Notes: generated by a model from the letters alone, not told the origin. A stretch of 63,818 nt of DNA, filler included, from Octopus bimaculoides (GCF_001194135.2; 5 parts of 5 records of this genome joined end to end with filler, not necessarily neighbours in it); one strand, 5' to 3'. Counted from the whole stretch's first letter, positions 50,131 to 63,798 are shown. Numbers and translations: made by a program.

Positions 50131-50719
50131 CTTGAAGCTTGAAACGGTCAGAATAAACAAAGAGAAGAGTACTAAGTGCTATAGTGAATACATATTTATA
50201 ATTATGAAATTTAAACGAACGCGTTTCTAGATAAAGCGCTCTTCAGCTAAAGTTAACATTTGACTAAGATCGCACACAAAGGTACAATTAGCAATTACAA
50301 ATATATCTTTTATGGAATAGTTGCGATGCACTCAGGCACTTTCCATTATATACCCTGTGTCTTAGGCCACACGCACTTGACATTAGCTATTTTTTCCCAA
50401 TCATTCTTCTACGGTTGCTTCCATCAAGGATCTTCTGGGATATCTTTAAACTACAGTCTTATCTGAATATTTCCAGACGGAGAGAGTCCTTATGATTCAT
50501 TAGCGCAGGTCTAGTCTTTAAAAAAACTAAGTATTGTGGCCTAGCATGTATAAAAAATCAATAGACGACATATTATTCAATATAAAATAGTATATATTTA
50601 AACACAAGAGAAATAACCTATAACAGGGAATTTCTACATGCTAGGAGACAGTCAAAACATGGTGAATGGAAAGCGGCAATCTAAATAGACGAAATAGTGG
50701 TTTAAGATGATTTTAAGAA

Positions 50720-50833
50720 GTTATTTTGACAACCGGATTTACAGATAAAAGTACAAAGTACATAAGGAATATTCACTCTCTAATTCCTTATGTACTTTGT
50801 ACTTTTATCTGTAAAGCCGGTTGCCAAAATAAC
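50720..50833. repeat. Near-perfect 51-bp inverted repeat with 12-nt loop
   Basis: 50720-50770 pairs with 50783-50833 with 2 mismatches and no indels. Loop ATTCACTCTCTA. Confidence 0.95.
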
Positions 50834-50944
50834 ATGGCTTGTCATAAACATTTGTACTTTGTGGTTTTTTTGTCACTTTAGCTATGAATTAAGTTAATGA
50901 ATTCAACGGGATACACTGTCTGCAAGTAGTTGGGTTCAACTAAT

Positions 50945-50991
<47 letters not shown>

Positions 50992-50994
50992 AGC

Positions 50995-51240
50995 TTCTTC
51001 CCGACCCATAGACTCATGAGGCCGGTTTCCCAGATTCTATGGCCTATATATTACCTCGCTCCTCAACAGGATCCTGGTCCGTCACAGAATTACTTATTTT
51101 TGCGCGTTGAGTAGACTGGAGTAGACTGGAGCGACGTGAAATGAAGTGTTTTGCTCAAGAACAAAGCGTATTGCGCACTCCAGGAATCGAACCCATAATG
51201 TTACGATTATGAGAGCAACACCCTAACCCCTAATCCACAC
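50995..51240 (-). mobile_element. Degenerate tRNA-derived SINE
   Basis: Reverse complement of TGAAATGAAGTGTTTTGCTCAAGAAC...GGAATCGAACCC gives a B-box GGGTTCGATTCC and the family C-like central motif. Confidence 0.65.
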
Positions 51241-51519
51241 TTCTCCATCCACCTAATATTAATGACTAGCTAATATAATCTAACGCAATAATACTAATAT
51301 CACTAATTTCCTGATTTATAATTATTACTAATTAGTAATAAGAAATTAGAGCTTCCATCTAGATTGAATTAAGTATAAGGCCCTAATAAGCCTCAACGTA
51401 GAAGGAAGTGCCAATAGCGACGATAAACCTAAACCCGGTACCAAACCAGGAAAGTGGACCTCTATAAATGACGAAACAATGAATATGAAGACAAAAGAAC
51501 GTAAACGATTATATACTAT

Positions 51520-51752
51520 AGGCGGTGCTCCAGCATGGCCGCAGTCAAATGACTGAAACAAGTAAAAGAGTAATAGAATAGAAGCACAGACGTGGCTGTG
51601 TGGTAAGAAGCTTGCTTTTCAACCACATGGTTCCGGGTTCATTCCCACTGCGTGACACCTTGGGCAGGTGTCGTCTACTATAACCTCGGGCCGACTAAAG
51701 CATTGTGGGTGAATTTGGTAGACGGAAACTGTGCGGAAGTCCGTCGTATATT
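51520..51752 (+). mobile_element. SINE family B tail fragment directly followed by a family B head
   Basis: GGCGGTGCTCCAGCATGGCCGCAGTCAAATGACTGAAAC at 51521-51560, then GTGGCTGTGTGGTAAG...CCGTCGTATA leading into a microsatellite and gap. Confidence 0.85.
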
Positions 51753-52597
51753 TATCTATATATCTATCGTGTGCTTCTCTGTGTCTATATATANNNNNNN
51801 NNNNNNNNNNNNNNNNNNNNNNNNNNNNNNNNNNNNNNNNNNNNNNNNNNNNNNNNNNNNNNNNNNNNNNNNNNNNNNNNNNNNNNNNNNNNNNNNNNNN
51901 NNNNNNNNNNNNNNNNNNNNNNNNNNNNNNNNNNNNNNNNNNNNNNNNNNNNNNNNNNNNNNNNNNNNNNNNNNNNNNNNNNNNNNNNNNNNNNNNNNNN
52001 NNNNNNNNNNNNNNNNNNNNNNNNNNNNNNNNNNNNNNNNNNNNNNNNNNNNNNNNNNNNNNNNNNNNNNNNNNNNNNNNNNNNNNNNNNNNNNNNNNNN
52101 NNNNNNNNNNNNNNNNNNNNNNNNNNNNNNNNNNNNNNNNNNNNNNNNNNNNNNNNNNNNNNNNNNNNNNNNNNNNNNNNNNNNNNNNNNNNNNNNNNNN
52201 NNNNNNNNNNNNNNNNNNNNNNNNNNNNNNNNNNNNNNNNNNNNNNNNNNNNNNNNNNNNNNNNNNNNNNNNNNNNNNNNNNNNNNNNNNNNNNNNNNNN
52301 NNNNNNNNNNNNNNNNNNNNNNNNNNNNNNNNNNNNNNNNNNNNNNNNNNNNNNNNNNNNNNNNNNNNNNNNNNNNNNNNNNNNNNNNNNNNNNNNNNNN
52401 NNNNNNNNNNNNNNNNNNNNNNNNNNNNNNNNNNNNNNNNNNNNNNNNNNNNNCATACATTTATACAGATAAATACACATGCATATCTACGCATTTATAC
52501 ACATGCACACACACGCATGTATGCATAATGTATTTATAATCAATGGCTCCCAACTCATTAGTAACGCTATCAGTATTGTTTATGTAATCATCTACAT

Positions 52598-52633
52598 TAA
52601 CATCATCATCACCATCACCACCATCATCATCAC

Positions 52634-52662
<29 letters not shown>
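52598..52662. repeat. (ATC/ACC)n microsatellite
   Basis: Direct run. Confidence 0.9.
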
Positions 52663-52666
<4 letters not shown>

Positions 52667-53825
52667 CAACAGAAATCACCCTGTGTCATATTTGCCAAAC
52701 GCTCTTTATTTAATACTTCATATTATCATAAAACATTAAAGTGTCAACCAGTATATTCACAATAATTAATTAACCGGTTTAATCACGCTGCTACTATTTG
52801 ATTAGACATGTGTTAACCATCCAGTACTTAATGGCAATGTTAACCATAATTAGGTGAAGCCTTTCAGCTGGTTCTGTCGGTAGAACATCACATTGCTTAG
52901 CGAAATAGCAGCGGTTCGAATACAATAGAGTCATTGAATATCTTGTTTATATGTTTACGTAAATAATAAGATAAATTAACTGATTGGGGCGTGTGTGAGG
53001 CTTTGGCCAAAGGCGTGCTTGTGTGGTAAGAAGTTTGTGAGTGGATTTGTTAGACAGATACTGTATGGAAGCCCGTCGTATATACATATATATATATATA
53101 TATATANNNNNNNNNNNNNNNNNNNNNNNNNNNNNNNNNNNNNNNNNNNNNNNNNNNNNNNNNNNNNNNNNNNNNNNNNNNNNNNNNNNNNNNNNNNNNN
53201 NNNNNNNNNNNNNNNNNNNNNNNNNNNNNNNNNNNNNNNNNNNNNNNNNNNNNNNNNNNNNNNNNNNNNNNNNNNNNNNNNNNNNNNNNNNNNNNNNNNN
53301 NNNNNNNNNNNNNNNNNNNNNNNNNNNNNNNNNNNNNNNNNNNNNNNNNNNNNNNNNNNNNNNNNNNNNNNNNNNNNNNNNNNNNNNNNNNNNNNNNNNN
53401 NNNNNNNNNNNNNNNNNNNNNNNNNNNNNNNNNNNNNNNNNNNNNNNNNNNNNNNNNNNNNNNNNNNNNNNNNNNNNNNNNNNNNNNNNNNNNNNNNNNN
53501 NNNNNNNNNNNNNNNNNNNNNNNNNNNNNNNNNNNNNNNNNNNNNNNNNNNNNNNNNNNNNNNNNNNNNNNNNNNNNNNNNNNNNNNNNNNNNNNNNNNN
53601 NNNNNNNNNNNNNNNNNNNNNNNNNNNNNNNNNNNNNNNNNNNNNNNNNNNNNNNNNNNNNNNNNNNNNNNNNNNNNNNNNNNNNNNNNNNNNNNNNNNN
53701 NNNNNNNNNNNNNNNNNNNNNNNNNNNNNNNNNNNNNNNNNNNNNNNNNNNNNNNNNNNNNNNNNNNNNNNNNNTCGCGATATCTAGGACTATAAAAATC
53801 TGCAAGACTTACTTAAGATTTAAAG

Positions 53826-54130
53826 GAGTGGCTCCCAAACTTTTCCGGGCTGCCGCCCCCTTGACACTCAGGGACACATTCCTAGTGCCCCCACTCCCAA
53901 CTAACCATCACAAATATAGACCCCTTTCTGAAGCAAATTCAAAGCAACTGTATTTCACAAATAAAACTTAACCTAATGAATCCATTATTTTGTTTTTACT
54001 TGAATTTCCACCCCATTACAGCCCCAATTTTTACATGAATCACTACTCCATTATCTTCCCACTTTTCTTCAACGCTCTCTTGCAACTTTCCAGGGGGGTG
54101 GGGCAATACCACTCACTTTGGGAACCATTG
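53826..54130. mobile_element. hAT (Charlie-type) MITE
   Basis: TIRs GAGTGGCTCCCAAACT and reverse complement CAATGGTTCCCAAAGT. Perfect 8-bp TSD ATTTAAAG at 53818-53825 and 54131-54138. Confidence 0.9.
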
Positions 54131-54315
54131 ATTTAAAGGATGATGGTTGAAACAAGACGTTTCCTTCAAAACGTTGGTATCAAAATTTACTTTAAATTCA
54201 AAAGAGAAACAGAACAGACTTATAAACATACATACAGCAATGATATAAAACCGACTTGATCTACAAAATGACACAGATATTGAATACACAAAACAGCATA
54301 AAAACATATGGTAAG

Positions 54316-54363
<48 letters not shown>

Positions 54364-54780
54364 TTATAGATAGATAGAAACACAGGCAGACACACAAACA
54401 GACAGATAGGGATATACGTATGTATGCATATATGCACGTTCATATATACAGATGTAGCTGTATGTGAATAAGTATTAGTGTGTGTGTGTGACAATATGCG
54501 TGCGCGCTTGTGTGTGAGTGAGTGAGTGTATGTGTCTGTGTGGGTTGTTTACGTTTCTGGCCAGAAACTTTATACGAAATATTTTAAGTGACATTTTTAA
54601 AGTTATGTATATATCAATAATGGCTGACAGAAGTTACGCTGCGCGCGCGCGCGGAGGTGCACGCACACACACACACACTCAACCACACACACATAAACGC
54701 TGAGGAAAACATATATATATATATATATATATATACATACATATATATATATATGTATATATACATGTACNNNNNNNNNN

Positions 54781-54836
<56 letters not shown>

Positions 54837-54838
<2 letters not shown>

Positions 54839-55168
54839 GAAAACAAAAAATGGAGAACTACTGATGAACAACAATTGACTTACATCAATTATTGTTTATT
54901 AATTCAATGCAAATCGACTACGTCCCATATAACAGCTCTTCTTCTCTATTTATTCTTCACTCTGATGAAGCTCCTTGTTTCAGATCGGATTTATTACCAA
55001 ACATGATTAATATTTTACATATTTTTGCATACTAATGGCAATACCATACAGTATTGGAAGTAGACACAGCTGTCAGATGTAATGCAGTCCATTTCCATTG
55101 AATTAATAATTAATAATTCTTGGTAGTCAATTGTTGTTCATCAGTACGTCTCCATTTTCTGTTTTCTT
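54837..55168. mobile_element. MITE-like element with about 100-bp inverted arms
   Basis: 54837-54937 is the reverse complement of 55068-55168, sharing AAAATGGAGA..TACTGATGAACAACAATTGACT and TTATTAATTCAATG. Confidence 0.75.
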
Positions 55169-56425
55169 TAAATTTGATTCTTGATAAACTCATGTTTATC
55201 CTTGTCTTTACCTATAATTTTATGAGCATAACATGTTTGCATATGTATGCGCAGGGTTAAATATAGGTAATACACCGGTAGTGTAATGGATACTTCTATC
55301 TCTTAGACGGTTATTTTAACCTCAAACTCAACTACACTTATATTTATATATACATGTATGTATGTATTGTATTAATGTATATACATACGTATTTGTGAGT
55401 ACGTATAGAAATATTAGCATCAACTTTAGAGAGAGTGTATATCTGTATATATCTGAATGTGCATGCATATATATATATATATANNNNNNNNNNNNNNNNN
55501 NNNNNNNNNNNNNNNNNNNNNNNNNNNNNNNNNNNNNNNNNNNNNNNNNNNNNNNNNNNNNNNNNNNNNNNNNNNNNNNNNNNNNNNNNNNNNNNNNNNN
55601 NNNNNNNNNNNNNNNNNNNNNNNNNNNNNNNNNNNNNNNNNNNNNNNNNNNNNNNNNNNNNNNNNNNNNNNNNNNNNNNNNNNNNNNNNNNNNNNNNNNN
55701 NNNNNNNNNNNNNNNNNNNNNNNNNNNNNNNNNNNNNNNNNNNNNNNNNNNNNNNNNNNNNNNNNNNNNNNNNNNNNNNNNNNNNNNNNNNNNNNNNNNN
55801 NNNNNNNNNNNNNNNNNNNNNNNNNNNNNNNNNNNNNNNNNNNNNNNNNNNNNNNNNNNNNNNNNNNNNNNNNNNNNNNNNNNNNNNNNNNNNNNNNNNN
55901 NNNNNNNNNNNNNNNNNNNNNNNNNNNNNNNNNNNNNNNNNNNNNNNNNNNNNNNNNNNNNNNNNNNNNNNNNNNNNNNNNNNNNNNNNNNNNNNNNNNN
56001 NNNNNNNNNNNNNNNNNNNNNNNNNNNNNNNNNNNNNNNNNNNNNNNNNNNNNNNNNNNNNNNNNNNNNNNNNNNNNNNNNNNNNNNNNNNNNNNNNNNN
56101 NNNNNNNNNNNNNNNNNNNNNNNNNNNNNNNNNNNNNNNNNNNNNNNNNNNNNNNNNNNNNNNNNNNNNNNNNNNNNNNNNNNNNNNNNNNNNNNNNNNN
56201 NNNNNNNNNNNNNNNNNNNNNNNNNNNNNNNNNNNNNNNNNNNNNNNNNNNNNNNNNNNNNNNNNNNNNNNNNNNNNNNNNNNNNNNNNNNNNNNNNNNN
56301 NNNNNNNNNNNNNNNNNNNNNNNNNNNNNNNNNNNNNNNNNNNNNNNNNNNNNNNNNNNNNNNNNNNNNNNNNNNNNNNNNNNNNNNNNNNNNNNNNNNN
56401 NNNNNNNNNNNNNNNNNNNNNNNNN

Positions 56426-56471
<46 letters not shown>

Positions 56472-56872
56472 GCACACATTGAAAATTAGTTGGAAGTAAT
56501 TGTATATTCGGTACAGGCACACATACACACGTACAAATGTATTTATGTGGATACAGTCCCAAATAAGTTGGTGCTAATATTTCTACATTTATATTATGTA
56601 TACATATGTAAGTATATATACAAATGTATGTACATTAATACATATGTAACGTTTCTGGTGTCACTGTGCGTATAATTACTGTATAACATTACTTAGGCAT
56701 CTTTATTCTCGGAGGAAAACTAAGCACTTTCAATTAAATATTCAATGACTACACACACATGCACACACACACACAGATACACACAGAGATGTGTGTGTGT
56801 GTGTGTGTAAACATACATACACACACATACATATATATATACACACGCACCACACATGTATGTATATGTGTT

Positions 56873-56905
<33 letters not shown>

Positions 56906-57616
56906 NNNNNNNNNNNNNNNNNNNNNNNNNNNNNNNNNNNNNNNNNNNNNNNNNNNNNNNNNNNNNNNNNNNNNNNNNNNNNNNNNNNNNNNNNNNNNNN
57001 NNNNNNNNNNNNNNNNNNNNNNNNNNNNNNNNNNNNNNNNNNNNNNNNNNNNNNNNNNNNNNNNNNNNNNNNNNNNNNNNNNNNNNNNNNNNNNNNNNNN
57101 NNNNNNNNNNNNNNNNNNNNNNNNNNNNNNNNNNNNNNNNNNNNNNNNNNNNNNNNNNNNNNNNNNNNNNNNNNNNNNNNNNNNNNNNNNNNNNNNNNNN
57201 NNNNNNNNNNNNNNNNNNNNNNNNNNNNNNNNNNNNNNNNNNNNNNNNNNNNNNNNNNNNNNNNNNNNNNNNNNNNNNNNNNNNNNNNNNNNNNNNNNNN
57301 NNNNNNNNNNNNNNNNNNNNNNNNNNNNNNNNNNNNNNNNNNNNNNNNNNNNNNNNNNNNNNNNNNNNNNNNNNNNNNNNNNNNNNNNNNNNNNNNNNNN
57401 NNNNNNNNNNNNNNNNNNNNNNNNNNNNNNNNNNNNNNNNNNNNNNNNNNNNNNNNNNNNTGTATGTATATATATATGTATATATACATATATATTATAT
57501 AAGGAGGAAGGACTTGCTGGGTATGGTCGTTGCGTGGTGTACATCTGTAGAATAAGACTGGAGATGTGGAGAGGAGAAATTGCTGTGTCTGAGGCTTTAG
57601 ACTGTCAGCCATCAGA

Positions 57617-57840
57617 ATGGAAATTCATTCACTCATTCATGCATTTATGCTTTCGTTCATTCTGTTACTCATTCCGTCATTCAGTCATGTTTTCATTCAT
57701 TCACTAATGTATTCAGATGTACTTTCCTACATTCAGGCTTTCGTTCATTCATCTATTCATGTATTTATTCATTCATACATTCATTCTCTTTCAGTCAGTT
57801 GGTCATTTACGTTTACATTCATTCAGCCAAGCATTCATAT
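57617..57840. repeat. Degenerate (TTCA)n microsatellite
   Basis: Repeated CATT units. Confidence 0.85.
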
Positions 57841-58753
57841 CACCTTTTAATTTTATTACATAAATTCATGCCATTGATCCCTTTGAGTTATCTTCCTTAG
57901 TTCATTTTTAATTTATAACTATAAAAATAATCTTTGGCGGCAAACACACTTAAGTTTCTTAATATAAATATGAAATTTCTGGTCAGCCAATAAATTGATA
58001 GCAAACTATACTAACGAATTTATCCGATCGAAACATATGAACATTTTCCTATGCCTGCAACATGTCCTTTTCTTAAAATGTTTTTAATTTTCGTCTCCGA
58101 CAAAGAGAAATATTTTTTTATAAGAAATAGAGACTGCTTTGTGTACAACATTCAATGCACTGTAGGACGAACCTACCTCGTCAGGCACAAAGGTATTATC
58201 GTGTATTTACCAAACAAACTCATCATAAATTAAGTTGTATGGAGCTGAGTCAAACTGTTATTAAATAATATATGTAACTCTTACCAAATGTGCAGAGTAG
58301 CACTTTCTTTCGTTTGTCCACCTAGGCGCATATCGTCTGTGTGTTTATGTATGTGTCTGTATGTGCACGCGCGCGTGTGCATACGTGCATACATGCACAT
58401 ATGCACACGCGTATGCATATTCTGTGTGTCGATATCTAACCTGGTTTTTGGTTCTTTCATTTGAATTTTAACATCAACAGGAAAGTTGCGCATGTCAATG
58501 TTTATATGTGCAAGTACTTGGAATCAGTGCATGCATGCATGTATGTGTTTGTATGTATGTATGAATGTATGTATGAATGTATATATGCATGTATGGTGGG
58601 TATATGGTCCTATAGTACTAAATATAAGTGTAATTAATGAGGCCTTGAATTCTTTGTTTCAATGTTTGACTGTTGGGCGGGACAGATTTAAGAAACCGGA
58701 CTTCATTTCACGCTGTTTTGCGCTTACATGCATACGTAAATACATACATACGT

Positions 58754-58794
<41 letters not shown>

Positions 58795-59208
58795 CATACA
58801 TATATATATATATGTATGTATGTTTGTTTGTTTGTATATATGTATATGTTTGTATGTACATATATATGTGTGTGTGTGTGTGTGTGTGCGCGCGCACACA
58901 CACAAGCACACACACAGACATATACATATATATATATAATATACAATATAATATACAATGTTTATATTCACATATACACTTAGATATCTCTCTATACATA
59001 CATACATGCATACATACAGATGCATATATGAGTGTGTAAGTGTATGTGGATATGTGTCTGTATACAGACTTATATATATATATATATATATATCCATTCA
59101 TGTGTGTGAGAGTGTGAGTGTGTGTGTGTATGTGTGTGTGTGTGNNNNNNNNNNNNNNNNNNNNNNNNNNNNNNNNNNNNNNNNNNNNNNNNNNNNNNNN
59201 NNNNNNNN

Positions 59209-59239
<31 letters not shown>

Positions 59240-59309
59240 ATTAAGGATAGAGTGCCGGCAGCATAGTTAGAGTATTGAAAAAAAAAATAATTTGCGATAT
59301 TTCTTTCGG

Positions 59310-59425
59310 CATTTCACGTTCTGGGTTTCCTGGATCAACTTTGCTCATCATCCGTCGGAGGCGTTGATGGTATTAAATAACACCCTCCCCTCAAATCTGC
59401 TCGCCTTTGTGCCTATATCAGAAGT
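59310..59425 (+). mobile_element. Degenerate SINE family A fragment
   Basis: GCATTTCACGTTCTGGGTT...CAACTTTGCTCATCATCC...CCTTTGTGCCTATATCAGAA. Confidence 0.55.
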
Positions 59426-60423
59426 TTTATATAAATACACATACACATAGGCACACACACACACATATATATTCATACGAACATACATACGTTTAAAACA
59501 GGAACACATACAAACACACATATTTATAGTTATACAAAAACAGACACACACATGCATACATACATACCAACACTTTTGTATATGGGAACAGCATAAACCC
59601 AATCATACACATAAAACACCTACGTAAACTCCTTAAGGTATTCATTTATATATAGACATGCATATATGTATATGTATGTATATGATCTGTCGATTGTAAA
59701 GTGTTTACTACTCAAGCGCCATCTGTGCTTCTATCCAACAAAAACCCGAAGCATTAAAAGCAGACCAGCAACACTAAACCGAATTTGTTCCTAGTGACAG
59801 ACTGTTAAATCCATGAGCTGTCAGAGCGTATGAGCTCATTGATAGACAATTAATTCATTTTGATAACAACCAACAGATTTAAAGCAAGATATGATCTTAT
59901 CCATACTTTCACCTCATGACTTTAATTGCCTCCGTTTTGTTTCTCTCCTCTTTCTACTGCGCCTGCTCCGCCCCCTTTCTCATAGTATCAAATATAAAGA
60001 CCTGTTGAGAGATTGGACTTTCTATAGCCACAGAGTGTTGTTGTCAGTGGTGGTGGTGATGGTGGTGTTGGTGGTGGTGTTGTTGGTGGTGGTAGTGGTG
60101 GTGATGTTGGGGGGGGGGAGAACGGGTGGAGTCGATTGTATCGAATCTTTTACGCTCTTGCAGTGTGTGCTCGTCCGTGTATACATGCTTGTGTGTATAC
60201 ATATAAACGCATACACAGCACGCGTGTATATGTACATAAAAGAATACATAAATGCGTGCACATATTAATACGTTAATACGCACGTACATATGTGTGTGTA
60301 TGTATATCAATGCTTGTATGCATGCATACACACATATATACACATACAAATACATATATATATATATACATATATTTTAAATATATATGTATATATATGT
60401 GTGTGTATGTAGATGTGTGTGTG

Positions 60424-60500
<77 letters not shown>

Positions 60501-60950
60501 NNNNNNNNNNNNNNNNNNNNNNNNNNNNNNNNNNNNNNNNNNNNNNNNNNNNNNNNNNNNNNNNNNNNNNNNNNNNNNNNNNNNNNNNNNNNNNNNNNNN
60601 NNNNNNNNNNNNNNNNNNNNNNNNNNNNNNNNNNNNNNNNNNNNNNNNNNNNNNNNNNNNNNNNNNNNNNNNNNNNNNNNNNNNNNNNNNNNNNNNNNNN
60701 NNNNNNNNNNNNNNNNNNNNNNNNNNNNNNNNNNNNNNNNNNNNNNNNNNNNNNNNNNNNNNNNNNNNNNNNNNNNNNNNNNNNNNNNNNNNNNNNNNNN
60801 NNNNNNNNNNNNNNNNNNNNNNNNNNNNNNNNNNNNNNNNNNNNNNNNNNNNNNNNNNNNNNNNNNNNNNNNNNNNNNNNNNNNNNNNNNNNNNNNNNNN
60901 NNNNNNNNNNNNNNNNNNNNNNNNNNNNNNNNNNNNNNNNNNNNNNNNNN

Positions 60951-61008
<58 letters not shown>

Positions 61009-61261
61009 TCAACGTGAGTGGAGAAGCTGTATGTTGCGAAGCAGTATGCTATCTTTCTCATTGATTTTTCAATGAATATGTCACATCTGCTCAGCAGCTG
61101 GACTCACGTACATATTTGTTTATTTATAAAAATGCTGTGTTGCTACTTTAGGTATTAGTGGTCGTTATGTGACGTTATGTAGATTTTGAACTAATTATTA
61201 TAATTATGTCTATGTTATCCGAAGGATCTCTATTCTTCTGCAGTAAATATCGCACAATATA

Positions 61262-61590
61262 TGCGGTCGTGGTGTATTAGCGATGCAAACTTTAGTCCAG
61301 AGATTTACGGTTTGGTTTCGTCTACGCAGCATTTGGTTAGCAGAGAGCGGTGCATTTTGTCCTTAAGCAAAACACTTTATTTCACGTCGCTCCAGTCCAC
61401 TCAGCTAGCAAAAATGTGTTGTGCCTGTAATTCAGAAGGGCAGCTTTGTCGCATTCTGGGTCGATCTGAGTCTGCCCGAGAGCTACGTTAAGGACCCACG
61501 TGTCTGTGAAGTGCCCTATTACTTGCACGTTAATTTCATGAGCAGGCCGTTCCGTTGATCGGATCAATTGCAATACTCGTCGGTCGTTGA
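61262..61590 (+). mobile_element. Degenerate SINE family C
   Basis: Shares GTGCCTGTAATTCA, CACGTGTCTGTG, GTTAATTTCA.GAGCAGG and CCGTTGATCGGATCAA with 21227-21615. Confidence 0.75.
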
Positions 61591-61794
61591 TACATATATA
61601 TACATATATATTATACAAAAATTTTATAATTGTAAGCATAATTATAATTTAGGTTCAGCAAAATTGCTTCCCCACACACCGAAATATAGAAATAGCAGTT
61701 AAATACTATTCCACTACCATAATATATCTCCCAGACAGCGATACTCCCAACTCACGCAGGCAAAGAGAAAAAAATAATGAATCCACCCGGCTTT

Positions 61795-61844
<50 letters not shown>

Positions 61845-62532
61845 ACACAAACATACAGTCTGGAAATTCCCTTCATCAGCTCTCCTCTGGATATCCCAAC
61901 CATATCGGCGCTTTCCAACAGAACCACTTCCTTCAGAAATGCTAAGCATTACTGATGTTGCTGGATAATACTGGAGTTCGTCTTTTTTTTCACGCAATTA
62001 TGCGGTTTCGTTCATGCAGCTATCCTCCCAATCTGAGCACATTAGTTACGATGTAATTATACATTTTCATTTAACTATGCACTGAGGACTTATTTTTACT
62101 CATTGGGACTATTTGAGGGAAACTCTGAATACTAAAAATAACAGCTATCAAATTGGGAATAAATGCTATCAACACCTTCGCGCTGTTAAAGAAGGCGTTA
62201 AGGTGGTCCTTGACAGATTGCGATATCGTGTAGCAAAACAAAACATGATCTCGCAATTGCGGCTCTTTCTCCACATTGCCCAAAATCACATGCAAATGGC
62301 AGGCCCCAGGGTTTTAATTCATTTTTGACATCGATAAAGAAACTTTAGAAATTAACTCGACACAGAAAACTCCAAGAAGGGCAGGACAAACACATATACA
62401 CATACATAGATATCATATACTCATAGACACACACATATGTATACATACATAAATACATATGTATATATGTGAGTGTGTGTGTATGTGTGTGTATATACGT
62501 AGTCTTCTATGTATATCTATATAAATATAAAT

Positions 62533-62568
<36 letters not shown>

Positions 62569-62723
62569 CTGTACATACATCCACACTTCCTTTTCTAAGC
62601 TTCTGTCAACTAAACTCTTTACGTACATTTATTTATCTTAATCTTTATGTTTCTTTCAACTCTCTCTCTCTCTCTCTCTNNNNNNNNNNNNNNNNNNNNN
62701 NNNNNNNNNNNNNNNNNNNNNNN

Positions 62724-62735
62724 TTAATTAATTAA
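62724..62735. other. Artificial scaffold-join spacer
   Basis: 44N-TTAATTAATTAA-44N. Confidence 0.95.
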
Positions 62736-62779
62736 NNNNNNNNNNNNNNNNNNNNNNNNNNNNNNNNNNNNNNNNNNNN

Positions 62780-63222
62780 ACCACTACCTCAACAATAGCA
62801 ACAACAACAACAACAGCCACCACTACCACAACAATAGCAACAACAACAACGGCCACCACTACCTCAACAATAGCAACAACAACAACAACAGCCACCACTA
62901 CCACAACAATAGCAACAACAACAACAGCTACCACTACCACAACAATAGCAACAACAACAACAGCTACCACTACCACAACAACAGCAACAACAACAGCCAC
63001 CACAGCCTCAACAATAGCAACAACAACAACAACCACCACTACTAAAACAATAGCAACAACAACAGCCACTACTACCACAACAATAGCAACAACAACAACA
63101 GCCACCACCACCACCACAACAATAGCAACAACAACAACAGCCACCACCACCACCACCACAACAATAGCAACAACAACAACAGCCACCACCAGCACCACCA
63201 CAACAATAACAGCAACAACAGC
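62780..63222. repeat. Triplet-built minisatellite, about 30-33-bp unit ACAATAGCAACAACAACAACAGCCACCACTACCACA
   Basis: ACAATAGCAAC recurs more than 10 times with variable AAC/CAC counts. Confidence 0.92.
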
Positions 63223-63634
63223 TAAATATCACAAGAATAACAAACTGCAAGACCAACCAAAATATTTGTCGAAGTCTTATTTTTCAGGAATTTTAGTTTT
63301 TGTGTAAAGTTGTTGGTTTCGTGTTGGATTTCTTTATTATTCGGCATTTTCCTTTTCCTATTAAGAAGTTCTTAAAATTACATCGTTGTTCTTGTTCTTA
63401 TTGTTATTGTCGTTGTTGTTTTTTGTTGTTTGTAGTATAATGTTAATTTATTTCAGCGCAAATTGCGAGGCAGGAGGAATGCGACAAATCTTGAATGCAG
63501 CCTTGGGAGTGACGTTCGCGCGCGCGTGCAACTCCACACACACGCACACGCACACGTACATACTCGTGCGTGCACATACACATTCACACACAAACGTACA
63601 GATATATATACGCACATACACAAACACACACACG

Positions 63635-63798
63635 CGACGGGCTTCTTTCAGTTTCCGTCTTATAAATCCACTCACAAGGCTTTCATTGATTCGAAGCCAT
63701 AGTAAGTTTTGTTCACTATGGAGACACGTAGTGGGACTGAATCCGGAACCCTCCGATTGGGAGGAAAACTTCTCACCACATAGCCACGTCTACGCCTA
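63635..63798 (-). mobile_element. SINE family B head half
   Basis: CGACGGGCTTCTTTCAGTTTCCGTC...GTGGGACTGAATCCGGAACC...CCACATAGCCAC. Confidence 0.88.

Noticed and set aside
61820-62330. Unique GC-moderate stretch with 70-80-aa ORFs on both strands
   Set aside because: No recognisable motif, and ORFs overlap in opposite directions at chance-like lengths.
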